Of a stretch of DNA of 64,000 nucleotides, positions 8,336 to 18,259 are shown piece by piece. Origin of the DNA: a virus (taxonomy: Duplodnaviria; Heunggongvirae; Uroviricota; Caudoviricetes); IMG/VR virus record IMGVR_UViG_3300032070_000001, positions 12,183 to 76,182 of that record; one strand, written 5' to 3'. The notes under the pieces are model-generated. The model did not search any database. It was not told the origin of the DNA and saw nothing but the letters and a program-made list of their open reading frames with translations. Every line of letters starts with the position of its first letter. The stretch's first letter is position 1. The position numbers and the translations under genes were made by a program.

Positions 8336-8887
8336 TCATGCTGATTTTCGCAGGTACTTGATGGCGCTCTTCAAGATGTCGATGTTGTCGCCGCTCATTC
8401 CCAATAGCACGTTGCAACGGTTACACAACAGACCTCTCACCCTCCTGGTTTCATGACAATGATCGACAACTAGCTGTTTAGGTTTCTGACCACAGATTTT
8501 GCAGCGTCCTTTCTGCGCTTGTCTGAGTGCTTCGTAGTCTGTTTTGCTCAGTCCATAGACTCGAAGCCGGCGGCGGGCTTCTGTCTCAGTCTTCCACTCG
8601 GCGGCATCCTGTGCAGTGGCGCGGCTCTTGTAGTACGATTTTGCTCGGTCGTTAAGCAACGCTTGGCGTTCTGGGTGCCGCCGGTAGTAATGCCGCGAGT
8701 ATTCATTGCACTGCCTCCGATTTTGTATCCTGTACGCCTTGTGATACGCTTTGGTATGCTCAACATTAGTTCTGCGGTGTGTTGCGATGCTTGTTGGCTT
8801 TCCAATAGGCATGATTATAAGCCCGCACACAATCGCAGCACTGACGTGAGCCAATGTGAAAGCCGCATGGCGGATCGACACATCCAC
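8336..8887 (-). CDS. recombination endonuclease VII-like resolvase
   Basis: CKICG...VVDHCHETRRVRGLLCNRCNVLLG is the Endonuclease_7 signature. An alternative start at M26 (8812) is possible. Confidence 0.75.
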   Translation of the reverse strand: MDVSIRHAAFTLAHVSAAIVCGLIIMPIGKPTSIATHRRTNVEHTKAYHKAYRIQNRRQCNEYSRHYYRRHPERQALLNDRAKSYYKSRATAQDAAEWKTETEARRRLRVYGLSKTDYEALRQAQKGRCKICGQKPKQLVVDHCHETRRVRGLLCNRCNVLLGMSGDNIDILKSAIKYLRKSA

Positions 8888-8899
8888 ACTTGGAGCACT

Positions 8900-9406
8900 T
8901 CATGCGGAAGCAAACTCCCCGAAGTGAATGCGTTCCGCTTCCCGGCGGGCCGCTGCCGCCTCTGCAATCGTGTCGTGAGTGCCGCAATCAAGAAGTCGAT
9001 TGTTCACGCCGATCATCGCACGCCACCTTCCATTCGGACGTTGATATACACCGCGCACACCGCTGTTCGCTGCTGTGGCATGGCGATTGCGCCCATTTTG
9101 TTGTGTGGTCGCCGCTCGAAGATTCGCGCGACGATTGTTGAGGCCGTCACCATCGCGGTGGTCAATGAGGCATGAGTCATTGAAACCTGCTCGTCTTGCG
9201 ACCTCAGTGTGCATCCGCACGGTGACTTGACAACCCTTTCGTGTCTCGTGTCTGGCAGCATATTGCTTCCAGCCACCAGATGTCTTACGTGTTCGTTTAC
9301 AATGCCAAACCCATTGACTCAAGTAGGCAAAATCAACATCATCTACTTGAGCGAACTGGCCCTGTGTCAACGGAATGTGTTTCACTCCACGTCTCTCTGT
9401 CGCCAA
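8900..9406 (-). CDS. HNH-AP2 homing endonuclease (copy 2)
   Basis: IDHRDGDGLNNRRANLR plus SGVRGVYQRPNGRWRAMIGVNNRLLDCGTHDTIAEAAAARREAERIHFGEFA. A possible GTG start at 9385 overlaps the ligase stop (GTGA). Confidence 0.8.
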   Translation of the reverse strand: MATERRGVKHIPLTQGQFAQVDDVDFAYLSQWVWHCKRTRKTSGGWKQYAARHETRKGCQVTVRMHTEVARRAGFNDSCLIDHRDGDGLNNRRANLRAATTQQNGRNRHATAANSGVRGVYQRPNGRWRAMIGVNNRLLDCGTHDTIAEAAAARREAERIHFGEFASA

Positions 9407-10524
9407 AACCTTGCTTCTTTCGGGATGCCGTCGTCAGTCAGTTCCCTGTACTTTAGAGTCACAATTTGGCCGACCTTGAACGACCTGCCCTGGAAGAATG
9501 CCGGCATATCTTGCCCCGGCTTCTCCGTCGCCGTGCGGGCCATGTCCGGGTTCAGAAACTCACGCTCGGCATCGGTCAGGCCCGCCAGTTCCAGGCGTTT
9601 GCCCTGGTAGTCCACAATCAATGCGCCAATCTTGCCGAGCAATCGGCTCCCCTTGGTCGTCTCCCGGCCGCTGGTGAAACCCACCACACGAGCCTCAGCG
9701 TCCTGAAACGGCTTGTACTTGAGGACATTGCGATGCCGCTTCGGCAACCAAATCGCCTGGGGATTCCGAATGACCACGCCCTCGCCGCCCTGGTCAAGCA
9801 CCCGCTGCAAATAGGCTTCGACCTGATCCATAGCGGCTTTCGGTACGTCGATCAGCTTTGTCTGTGGATGCAGATAGCAGATCGACGCATCTGTATTCTC
9901 CAAGGCCGTGCTAAGCGCAGTCACCTCCTTGCCAAACGGCTGATCGGCCGTCAGGAACTTGTAGTGATCGCCCAAGCAACTCTTCGGGACGGGCAGACCC
10001 TCGAAACGCTCGCCCCGAGAATTGAGCCGCTGTCTGATCCAAGCCTCAATCGCGAGGTAATCGACCTGACGGACCATGTTGGCATTCTTGATCTCGCCTG
10101 TGCAGAAGATGGCCCCCAAGGGTGGAGTCGAATAGACGGCAAAAACGATCTTGTCGAAGCGAGAGTCCGATTCATCACCGGCACAGATACTCCGACACAA
10201 TTGAAACTTGCCCCGCCCAGCCCACAACTCGCCGTCCAACGGGCAGGCCGGCAACTGATTAAGCCACCAGTCCGGTGCCATGATCGGATTGCCGTAGCGG
10301 GACCAGAGCCCCGTCGCCACGGGCTTGATCTTGGCTTTTTTCTCGCCAGTCTTCGGGTCCAAGACACTGGCCCACGGCACCTCTTCAGTGGGCAGTCCGC
10401 GAGTGAGCCCGCCGTCCCAGAAGCAACGGGTCCCGTCCAGCTTTTCCGATATGAACCAACCTGCGACGTTGTGTTTCTGCGGGTCGTAGTGATCGGCTAG
10501 TTGGAGAAATTCGCGTCGTGCCAT
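9382..10524 (-). CDS. ATP-dependent DNA ligase
   Basis: KLDGTR adenylation motif. 380 aa, typical of phage ligases. Confidence 0.85.
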   Translation of the reverse strand: MARREFLQLADHYDPQKHNVAGWFISEKLDGTRCFWDGGLTRGLPTEEVPWASVLDPKTGEKKAKIKPVATGLWSRYGNPIMAPDWWLNQLPACPLDGELWAGRGKFQLCRSICAGDESDSRFDKIVFAVYSTPPLGAIFCTGEIKNANMVRQVDYLAIEAWIRQRLNSRGERFEGLPVPKSCLGDHYKFLTADQPFGKEVTALSTALENTDASICYLHPQTKLIDVPKAAMDQVEAYLQRVLDQGGEGVVIRNPQAIWLPKRHRNVLKYKPFQDAEARVVGFTSGRETTKGSRLLGKIGALIVDYQGKRLELAGLTDAEREFLNPDMARTATEKPGQDMPAFFQGRSFKVGQIVTLKYRELTDDGIPKEARFWRQRDVE

Positions 10525-10576
10525 CTAGTCCACCTGTGCTGGCAGTAGGGCTTGGGTTAATAGACGTGTGAGTTGC

Positions 10577-10613
10577 TCTACCTGTACGTCGGACACGGCG
10601 CACGAATTCCGAG
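10577..10613 (-). promoter_or_regulatory. motif B copy 1: CTCGGAATT-N8-GTGTCCGACGTAC-N4-TAGAG, ECF-sigma-like promoter candidate upstream of ligase
   Basis: Minus-strand reading is ctcggaattcgtgcgccgtgtccgacgtacaggtagag. GGAAT-N17-CGTAC matches ECF -35/-10 geometry. The same motif recurs at 23896-23933 and 62541-62580. Confidence 0.4.
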
Positions 10614-10641
10614 TTCCGCTGACCATTTTCTTCAAATAAAC

Positions 10642-11460
10642 CTAAAAGAGTCCGTGTTCCACGGCCCGCAGCTTGCGTTGAAGACGTGCATACAGGTTAT
10701 GGGCCAGCATGTACATCGAGGTCACTGGCCAGTGAATCGCTTCTGCAATCTCTGTGTACGTGTACCGAGCTTCGCGCATCGCCATAAAGACACGCTCCTC
10801 GGGACACGCGATACAAGAGGCAATCAGATCGCGCACCTCCAATTCCTTCTCATACGCCGGTGTCTCAAAACGCTCGGGGATGTCGTTATACACCACTGGT
10901 GCGTTTATACTCTGGCCTTGGGCACGCGCACGGTATTTCGATGTGCGCGGCAAATGAATCGGAGTTTCGATTTCAATCAACTCACTCAACTCACGATTGA
11001 TCCACATACCGATGAAACCAGTAACACTCGTTTCATCTGTCTTTCGCGGCCTTGGCCCACTCTCAAGTTTCTTGACAGCGTTAACGAGACCAATGCAGCC
11101 GGCACTAACAAGATCGTCGCGTAGATACGCAACCCCCTGAAAGCAACGGATGAACGCCTCTACTTTTGAGAGAACAAAAGGCATGTTGCCAAGAATGATC
11201 TCTTCCCGCGCTGCTATGTCGCCGGCCTTGATGCGCTCATAAAGTACCGCATTCTTGGCCGCATCTAAGGACTGGCCCCTAGTCGCGCCACGCAAAGTTG
11301 TAATCAACACATCGTTGTACGAACTACTCACGGATGCCGGCCTCCATCGGGTCAATGCGCCAAGCACAGCGGGTATAAAAGCGATGAGCTTCACAAGCAA
11401 GGCGCGAATAGTCGTAGACAGGCCCATCAGGATCGAAGATGTGGCCGTGGTCGTAGGCAA
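10642..11460 (-). CDS. sigma-70-family (ECF-like, regions 2+4) RNA polymerase sigma factor
   Basis: Region 2-like VLYERIKAGDIAAREEIILGNMPFVLSKV and region 4 HTH FMAMREARYTYTEIAEAIHWPVTSMYMLAHNLYARLQ. The start is uncertain: ATG 11460, 11427, or GTG near 11310. Confidence 0.7.
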   Translation of the reverse strand: MPTTTATSSILMGLSTTIRALLVKLIAFIPAVLGALTRWRPASVSSSYNDVLITTLRGATRGQSLDAAKNAVLYERIKAGDIAAREEIILGNMPFVLSKVEAFIRCFQGVAYLRDDLVSAGCIGLVNAVKKLESGPRPRKTDETSVTGFIGMWINRELSELIEIETPIHLPRTSKYRARAQGQSINAPVVYNDIPERFETPAYEKELEVRDLIASCIACPEERVFMAMREARYTYTEIAEAIHWPVTSMYMLAHNLYARLQRKLRAVEHGLF

Positions 11461-11824
11461 CTGAATGACCGCAGCGGAAGCCCGCGCCGTCGATCACGCC
11501 CCGGCTATGTGCAATCGTGTTAGTGAACCGTCGCCAGTTACCCTCGCGGTACGCCACCGTATGCCTCAGCATCGAGTCCTCTGTCGGTTGCATGACCGGA
11601 CAAAGTTCGATGGGCGTGACCGCGAAACTTCGCGCTACAGCTATGTCGATTAGTTCCTGGATGTGGAATCCACGCCGGCAGATCGGCTCATCGAGGCCAG
11701 GAAAGATGATCTTGCTACCATCGTGACCAACCGCCAAAAGCAACTCGGCCACTGGCATATCAAGAGCCATCGCAAAGGCCGTCGGTAAACACATCCAGCG
11801 TTGCGACTTGAGTTGAAGTTCCAT
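11324..11824 (-). CDS. papain-fold cysteine peptidase-like protein (C39-like)
   Basis: QRWMCLPTAFAMAL...GHSVAYDHGH shows a Q/C...H arrangement like C39 peptidase domains. Confidence 0.45.
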   Translation of the reverse strand: MELQLKSQRWMCLPTAFAMALDMPVAELLLAVGHDGSKIIFPGLDEPICRRGFHIQELIDIAVARSFAVTPIELCPVMQPTEDSMLRHTVAYREGNWRRFTNTIAHSRGVIDGAGFRCGHSVAYDHGHIFDPDGPVYDYSRLACEAHRFYTRCAWRIDPMEAGIRE

Positions 11825-11876
11825 AGGCGCAGAGTCTCCCCGCAGTCGGTGGTAGTAACGGATTCAAGAAGACGAG

Positions 11877-12272
11877 TTACCAGCCAGTCCGGTCCAATTC
11901 GTCGAGGAGGGCGTCGATGTCAGGAACCTGACCCCACGACTCCTTCCAGTAATTCTTCCAATTGGGCGGCCCGAACAACTTGTCATACTCTTCTTGCGTA
12001 GCCGCCGTGAGTATCCAGATGCCAGTGCCCTTGGCCGCCCACTGCGGCCACTTGCGCCGCTGGGCTTTGGTGAACGAATAGTGCTTCGGCTGCTTTACGT
12101 CGATCCAGCGCTCGCCCCACTTCTCGTGCATCGCCAACAGATCAGGGAATCCGTTCTGGTACAAGGAACCATGTGTGTGCTCTACGAGCCAGCCCCGAGC
12201 CTGAAGAAAAGCAATCAAGTCCTTCTGGGTATGCCACTCCGGCCCGTGGCGCGGTCGTCGAATATCACCCAT
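11877..12272 (-). CDS. VRR-NUC domain nuclease
   Basis: GFPDLLAMHEKWGERWIDVKQP carries the D...E.K core. 131 aa. Confidence 0.7.
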   Translation of the reverse strand: MGDIRRPRHGPEWHTQKDLIAFLQARGWLVEHTHGSLYQNGFPDLLAMHEKWGERWIDVKQPKHYSFTKAQRRKWPQWAAKGTGIWILTAATQEEYDKLFGPPNWKNYWKESWGQVPDIDALLDELDRTGW

Positions 12273-12492
12273 GACGATGCACCCCCGTCAACCAACCCCA
12301 CGAATGACCGTGACAGATGCTTGACACTAATCCCCGAGGGACCTTTAATCGCTGGCCAATCGCAATACAACTGAACCCACGCTGCCAGAGGCGATGAATC
12401 GTCAAGACGGTCGCAGGTCGAAGGTAATTGTTGCCCGCCCGCACGCCGTCTCGCGGGTCAATGTAGACGTAGACGTAGTAGTCACATTTCAT
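12265..12492 (-). CDS. small HTH protein (homing-endonuclease NUMOD-like N-terminus)
   Basis: YYVYVYIDPRDG followed by an HTH-like segment HRLWQRGFSCIAIGQRLKVPRGLVSSI. ATGA overlap with the polymerase stop. Confidence 0.4.
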   Translation of the reverse strand: MKCDYYVYVYIDPRDGVRAGNNYLRPATVLTIHRLWQRGFSCIAIGQRLKVPRGLVSSICHGHSWGWLTGVHRHG

Positions 12493-15125
12493 GCCGACAT
12501 CTCCGGCGCACGAATCTTGATCTGTGTGGCTCCCGATTTCTTCTCAGCCCAGTTGTGCATCCCTTCGCACCAGTCCATCCCGATCAAAGGGACGTATGGG
12601 CGAAAATGCTCGACGGCATCCATGACGACCTGCGTGACGCCTGAAACCTTGTCCGGGCGCGTGACGCACATGATCTCGTCGTGGATATTCATGGGTGCCA
12701 CATGCCAATCATTCACCCCGGCCGGTTGCAAGTCCCAAATCTGCCGTTGAACGTACTTCGTGATCTCGGCACCCGGACTCTGGATTTCATGGTTCGCTGC
12801 AGCCCGCATGTTGGCCGCCTGCATAGCGAACGCCGCCCCGTAGAGGGCCGAGGCAACCGCTCCACCGGCCGTCTGCACCCGGTCTCGACGGACGACTTTG
12901 AGTATGCACTGTTTCTCGTACTCTTGAGGTACGACGATCTCTTTGCGAACCTCAACGCCATTTTCGATGGAAAGCGTGGCAATGTGAGCGACGATGACTT
13001 CCTGCCCACCCTGCATAACCTTTTCATGACGCAAGACAGTGCCGTGGTTCCGCCAGTGCTTTGGTATGCTATTGGCTAGCCGGAACAATTCCTTGCAGAT
13101 ACGATTCTCCAGAGTGAAGTACCGACGAAAACCGAGCATCGTCTCGGCGTAGTCCACTGGGTCTTTCCAGACCACCTTCGTGCCAAGCCCGCCAGGCTGC
13201 GTCATGGAACAGAAGGAGTCAGCAACCCGTTTGCGCCACTTCTTGACGCCCGTAAAACGGCTACCGAAGTTTTCAATCGCAGCCTTTGCCACCTTTTCGT
13301 CGATCCCCAACCGACTAACCAGCGTGCTAAAATCGCCGCCGTACAACATCGTACCAAAGAACCCTTGCTTGCCCTTCGTGTATAGGTCGTTGTCCGTGTC
13401 CGCCGACGCCTTAATCTCCTCATAGGTCTTCCCCGGGAAGATGGCCATGCCGAAGAGAGCATGAATCTTCTTACCGGCGACCAATTCCGCACGCAGGGCC
13501 TCATCATTGCACACGGCGTCCGCAATCGTCACCTCGAAGGCCGCGAAGTCACCACCGCAAAGCAGGTAGTTGTCCCAGAAGAGCGGAAACATCTGGCGGA
13601 CTTGCTTGGTGTGTTTAATCCCTTGGGCATTCAAGCCGTCACCACCCGCCATGCGAGAGGACAACGCACCAATGACGACAAATGAGGCATGAAACTTGCC
13701 AGCCCGAATCAACTTCTTGTATAGTTCAACCTCTTTGACGGAGTGCTTCACCGTGAGAATTTCCCTCGCACGCATGGCAGCGGGGTGCTGGCCAGGCTGC
13801 AAGAAGCCTGAGCCGCCGCAGCGACGACAAGCCGAGTCGCCTTGGCACTTCCCGCATGGCTCAGGGTCGCCGATGAAGCCGACATCATTGCAAACTTCAC
13901 AATGCTCATTCAGGCTATGCTGTTGCGGACACGGCTTCCCGATGCGCCAGTTCTTGTCCAAGGCTTCAAGATTACTCTTCTTAGTCGAAGTCTCCAGGAA
14001 GACAGCCTCCATATCATCCATGACTTCCGTGATATACTTGCGAACCTCGCCCGGCCGGTTGATGTTGACCGGACTGGCCGCCACGATGGCCTGAGCCTTA
14101 GCGAGCAGTTGTTTCATCCCCTCGATATTGATCGGGAAGCCATGCCAACGGACGGCCGCTACCATGCACGCCAAAGTAGAATCGTTGTCGCCCGGCGAAG
14201 GACAGCCGAAGTGCTTGTCCAACTCCCGCGTATAAACGATGTCATGGCTCGCGTAATCGCGGGCATCCTCGCGGGTGGCCCAGTGCTGAATGTGATTGCG
14301 AATCACACCCGGCCAAGCCAACCCCAGCAGTTTGAGCTTGCCGTCCTCTTCGCCCCATACCTCCCACTTCTTCTCAAGGCTCGACACGGCCAGGGCCGTA
14401 GGCGCGTAGCCCAACTCATAAGGCCGCCATGCGGTGGATGGCTCCACATCTTTGAAGTGATACTTGGGTTTAAGCTTCAAGGCGTGCTCGGCAAGGAACT
14501 TGAGGCCACCGGCCGGATTAAACTTCAAGACGACATCCTTGAAGTCCGGGTCGATGTCGCCGAACCGGTCACGACGATCGAAGACTTGCCACCGTGGCGC
14601 TTCGGGATCGGCCGAGCGGGCAAAGTAGATGTTGTCGAACTGGACGCGCTTCTCCAATTCGTTTCGCAACGCATAGGCCAGCGCGGTGGGAACCCGTCTA
14701 ATGCGAACGTCCCCGCGAGCCATCAACGATTGATACGGCCCCTTGCGACTGTGCAGCATCAGGTCCAAGGCCGCTACTGGTTTTAGGCAAGGACCGTCTT
14801 GGGCCTGCGGCTCCAGCATAGCGATCTCGTCGATATGCTCCTCGGGAATCCAGTCCGGATCACAGAGGCGAAAGATGGTGTAGACCTTGACGATATGAAA
14901 CCAATCGAACGCCAAATTGAAGCCCACGACCGTGTGCTGACACAGCCACTCGATCAAGGCCAGCGTCTCGCGGATCGGCCGCCGCCAGACCTCGTGCAGG
15001 TGGATCGGGCCGTCTTCTTCAGCCCACTGCAACAGCACCATGATGCTGTGCAGCCCGCACGTCTCACTGTCCACGTACACCTTGCTCATCAACGCCCCCG
15101 AAATCAAAATACGTCGTATGACCAT
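12489..15125 (-). CDS. family A DNA polymerase with 3'-5' exonuclease domain
   Basis: Exo I VYVDSETCGL, Exo II FNLAFDWFHI and pol motif C NIHDEIMCVT. A Cys-rich insertion is present (CEVCN...CGKC...CRRCGG). An alternative start at M13 (15089) is possible. Confidence 0.9.
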   Translation of the reverse strand: MVIRRILISGALMSKVYVDSETCGLHSIMVLLQWAEEDGPIHLHEVWRRPIRETLALIEWLCQHTVVGFNLAFDWFHIVKVYTIFRLCDPDWIPEEHIDEIAMLEPQAQDGPCLKPVAALDLMLHSRKGPYQSLMARGDVRIRRVPTALAYALRNELEKRVQFDNIYFARSADPEAPRWQVFDRRDRFGDIDPDFKDVVLKFNPAGGLKFLAEHALKLKPKYHFKDVEPSTAWRPYELGYAPTALAVSSLEKKWEVWGEEDGKLKLLGLAWPGVIRNHIQHWATREDARDYASHDIVYTRELDKHFGCPSPGDNDSTLACMVAAVRWHGFPINIEGMKQLLAKAQAIVAASPVNINRPGEVRKYITEVMDDMEAVFLETSTKKSNLEALDKNWRIGKPCPQQHSLNEHCEVCNDVGFIGDPEPCGKCQGDSACRRCGGSGFLQPGQHPAAMRAREILTVKHSVKEVELYKKLIRAGKFHASFVVIGALSSRMAGGDGLNAQGIKHTKQVRQMFPLFWDNYLLCGGDFAAFEVTIADAVCNDEALRAELVAGKKIHALFGMAIFPGKTYEEIKASADTDNDLYTKGKQGFFGTMLYGGDFSTLVSRLGIDEKVAKAAIENFGSRFTGVKKWRKRVADSFCSMTQPGGLGTKVVWKDPVDYAETMLGFRRYFTLENRICKELFRLANSIPKHWRNHGTVLRHEKVMQGGQEVIVAHIATLSIENGVEVRKEIVVPQEYEKQCILKVVRRDRVQTAGGAVASALYGAAFAMQAANMRAAANHEIQSPGAEITKYVQRQIWDLQPAGVNDWHVAPMNIHDEIMCVTRPDKVSGVTQVVMDAVEHFRPYVPLIGMDWCEGMHNWAEKKSGATQIKIRAPEMSA

Positions 15126-15172
15126 GCCGTCATTGCGCCAGCCCCGTAACGATGCCAGAGACTACGATTGTG

Positions 15173-15976
15173 TCAACCATCAGGACTTTTTCGACTCGCA
15201 TTTCGAGTAGCGAGAATCTCTGCCAGCAACACATCATCCGAGATGTAGCCGGCACACCACGCACCCATCCGCGGGGCCAAACCCTCAATCCCAGCCGCCA
15301 GCATCCGTTCCACCATCCGATTGATCGCGTCTCGACGGCGAACGCCAGATCGCGGTTTGCACGCCTTATCAAGACCCGGTAGAAACTTTCCCTTGCCCCG
15401 TTGCCGCGCATTTCCGATTCGGATTGCCGCAAGAACCTGATCGGTTGCCGACTTCATGCCAGCCAGCACCTCCAAATTCACTTGGGAAAGCAAGCCGGCG
15501 GCAGCCCTCTGTTGCACCACTTCAGGCATCGCCAACAGTCGCAGGCGGATATGCACCCAGCGCGTCGGCCGCTTGAGTTCGGCTGCTGCCGCCCGAATCG
15601 TGGCACCATCCGGATAAAGCCGCCCGATAACACGAGCTTCTTCCATGATGTTCAGATTCTTGCGTTCCAGGTTCTCCATGAAGTTCAATACCTGGGCGTC
15701 CCGCTCTGAAAGCCCGACGCAGATATTAGCGGCAATCGTGGTCCACTTGAGGAAGTAAGTGGCCGCCCGAAAACGGCGATAGCCCACAATCAGCCGATAC
15801 TTGTAGCCATCACGATTCCACGGTTGTACTGTAACCGGTGAAATCAGACCTCCGACCTGCGAGATGCTATCTGCCAGGTCCTTGACGGATTGCAGCGTGA
15901 ATTGGCCGCGGCAGTTGAAGTCACTGTCATACAGGATGTCAGCCACCGGTAGCGCCGGATCAAAGGTCGTGTTCAT
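15173..15976 (-). CDS. ParB/sulfiredoxin-domain (ParB-like nuclease) protein
   Basis: YRLIVGYRRFRAA and ENLERKNL ParB N-domain motifs. Confidence 0.7.
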   Translation of the reverse strand: MNTTFDPALPVADILYDSDFNCRGQFTLQSVKDLADSISQVGGLISPVTVQPWNRDGYKYRLIVGYRRFRAATYFLKWTTIAANICVGLSERDAQVLNFMENLERKNLNIMEEARVIGRLYPDGATIRAAAAELKRPTRWVHIRLRLLAMPEVVQQRAAAGLLSQVNLEVLAGMKSATDQVLAAIRIGNARQRGKGKFLPGLDKACKPRSGVRRRDAINRMVERMLAAGIEGLAPRMGAWCAGYISDDVLLAEILATRNASRKSPDG

Positions 15977-15990
15977 TAACCCTCACGCTG

Positions 15991-16498
15991 CTAACGAATC
16001 CATTCGATGTGGGGTCGTTGCATGTAGCCGTGTTCCCATACGAACCAGGCATAGGCAAGAAGTCCGTTCCCGCCGCTCTTAACGTCCCCTTTGTCGAAAC
16101 TCAGACGTTTTGAAAACACATAGACAGTCCGCAACGGGGTTCGCTGAAAGAACTCGTAGCGACCAACACTTTCAAGGAAATTCAACTTGAGTAGCATCGC
16201 CACTTTACGATCAGTGCATTCTAATGCGTGTTCAACGAAATCCTGCGCCGACCTATAGGGCGGATTGGTGACGATGTTATTAACGTACCGATGGTCAGAA
16301 AGGAAGTCGATTCCTGTCGGCCGGCAAAAGGTCGCTTATGGCTCCGTCGCCACACGCGCACTCCCATATCGTTCCATCAAACGTTTCCCGTCGCAACAGC
16401 GATTCCGTGGCATGAACCGGTGTGCGATAGAAGTCGTCGCGCTCCCGTTGTCCTTTTTGGTTGCTGCCTGTTAAAGTGTGCGATTCAATCATGTTCAT
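15991..16498 (-). pseudogene. Dam-like N6-adenine DNA methyltransferase, frame broken between motif I and NPPY
   Basis: ORF 16295..16549 gives FYRTPVHATESLL...IWECACGDGAISDLL (SAM motif) and stops. The adjacent frame continues ...IVTNPPYRSAQDF... in frame with ORF 15991..16203. The frame switch lies in about 16298-16345 (the AAAA run at 16335-16338 is the likeliest site). ATG 16496-16498 overlaps the upstream stop. Confidence 0.6.
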
Positions 16499-17286
16499 CG
16501 CAACTTTCGGCCATAGGGCACTGGTCCCTTGCCGGGCACCCATTCCCAAACCGCCGTGGTGCCATCGTCGTCGATCCGCACGAAGGTGTCATTCGTCCGG
16601 GCCCAACAACCGCAGTTGAAATGGTAATCGCCGATCTGCCCCGCCTCATGTGTGTGCCCGTAAACCACGACATCCGCCCCTCGCTCCTTGCGCCAGGCTT
16701 CCACGCCGTCGAGCATTTCATCCATACGACCATGCTGAAAGGTCAGCTTCCGCCAGAGGGTCAAGGCCCCTTCCAGGGTCCCGACGAACCCGTCTTCGAT
16801 GGCGTGCCGATGGTTGTTAAACGGCCCTCGATTCCTGTCCTCCAAGAGGGCTGATATGATGGCCGTGATCTCCCCGGTGCCCGGGTTGGCGTCACGGCAG
16901 TACGGATCGCCCTCGTTCCCGTGAAGAAAGGCGAACCGCCGACCGCCGATGGTCCGCTCGAAATGATGAACCTCTCGCTGAAAGAACGGATGACCGGGCA
17001 TCAGCGGTGTGCCAATGAAATGAGCCAAATCGGCATCGTGGTTGCCGACAACGTAGACTGCGTGCATCTCATCCAGCCGCGTGAGTAACGGCAGATACGC
17101 CACGATGGCCTTGCTCAGGTTCGTCTGCCAGAAGTCGAACAGGTCGCCGAGGATGTAAAGCTGACCGCTCTCCCGCTCCGCGTAGTCCAGAAACTCATAG
17201 AAGCGAGCCTCGCGACCCTCCACCGCGAAGTTGTCGCGGTAGCCTCGGTCACACAGATGCAGATCACTGACGGCGAAGATAGGCAT
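16495..17286 (-). CDS. calcineurin-like metallophosphoesterase
   Basis: AVSDLHL, GDLFD, GNHD, GHTH motifs. Confidence 0.8.
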   Translation of the reverse strand: MPIFAVSDLHLCDRGYRDNFAVEGREARFYEFLDYAERESGQLYILGDLFDFWQTNLSKAIVAYLPLLTRLDEMHAVYVVGNHDADLAHFIGTPLMPGHPFFQREVHHFERTIGGRRFAFLHGNEGDPYCRDANPGTGEITAIISALLEDRNRGPFNNHRHAIEDGFVGTLEGALTLWRKLTFQHGRMDEMLDGVEAWRKERGADVVVYGHTHEAGQIGDYHFNCGCWARTNDTFVRIDDDGTTAVWEWVPGKGPVPYGRKLR

Positions 17287-17434
17287 TGAGGTCCTCCACA
17301 GTCACCCGCAAATCTTGCGGATGCTGATCGAAGTCCAGCCACTCCGCAAGTTGTCTACGGATGACATCGTGTACGGTTTCGATGTCCGTGGCATCGGGCA
17401 GGTTGTCAAGTTGTAGGGTCACAGTGAGATTCAT
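17264..17434 (-). CDS. small acidic protein (56 aa)
   Basis: Not in the ORF track. MNLTVTLQLDNLPDATDIETVHDVIRRQLAEWLDFDQHPQDLRVTVEDLNAYLRRQ. Its start is 3 nt from the tRNA end and it overlaps the phosphoesterase start. Confidence 0.35.
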   Translation of the reverse strand: MNLTVTLQLDNLPDATDIETVHDVIRRQLAEWLDFDQHPQDLRVTVEDLNAYLRRQ

Positions 17435-17437
17435 AAG

Positions 17438-17520
17438 CTAGCAAGGCTGGACTCGAACCAGCGGCGGCTTTCGCACGAGATTAACAGTCCCGCCCCTGCT
17501 ACCAACTCGGGTACTTGCCA
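17438..17520 (-). tRNA. tRNA-Asn(GUU)-like gene with an atypical 13-nt variable region
   Basis: Minus-strand sequence TGGCAAG TA CCCG AGTTGGTAGC AGGG G CGGGA CTGTTAA TCTCG TGCGAAAGCCGCC GCTGG TTCGAGT CCAGC CTTGCTA G. It folds with a 7-bp acceptor stem, a D-loop with GG, an anticodon loop CUGUUAA and a T-loop TTCGAGT. No CCA is encoded. Confidence 0.6.
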
Positions 17521-17568
17521 GAATTGCCGGGACGCAACTCCCGGCGTTTGCCAAGTCGCTAAGGCGTA

Positions 17569-17955
<387 letters not shown>

Positions 17956-18020
17956 GGGTCTCTCCGCAAAGGTTGAAAGTGAACAGCAACAACTGCCGCA
18001 AGTGGCAAACCAATCGGCTC

Positions 18021-18233
18021 CTACTGGACGTAACGATTCCAAACGTGATTCAAGGTCTCTGCGATGTCCCACACCGAGTAAATCAGCGTTTTCTCTCGGC
18101 CGTAAATGAAAAGCCGCGTATAGGTGACGGCCTTGAAAGCCGGTCGATTAAGCAACCGGATGGAGAACGGCTCGGCGGGTCTTGGCGGCATGTCATCCCG
18201 CACGTCAACATGCGGAAGATTTGCCGTTAACAC
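18021..18233 (-). CDS. hypothetical protein
   Basis: 70-aa ORF on the coding strand of this block. Confidence 0.4.
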   Translation of the reverse strand: MLTANLPHVDVRDDMPPRPAEPFSIRLLNRPAFKAVTYTRLFIYGREKTLIYSVWDIAETLNHVWNRYVQ

Positions 18234-18259
18234 TCGTTCCTGCCCGTCGATTGGGCCGC

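Noticed and set aside
17438-17520. tRNA as a prophage attachment site
   Set aside because: Phage genes continue uninterrupted on both sides and no integrase or direct-repeat core is nearby, so it is a phage-carried tRNA rather than attB.
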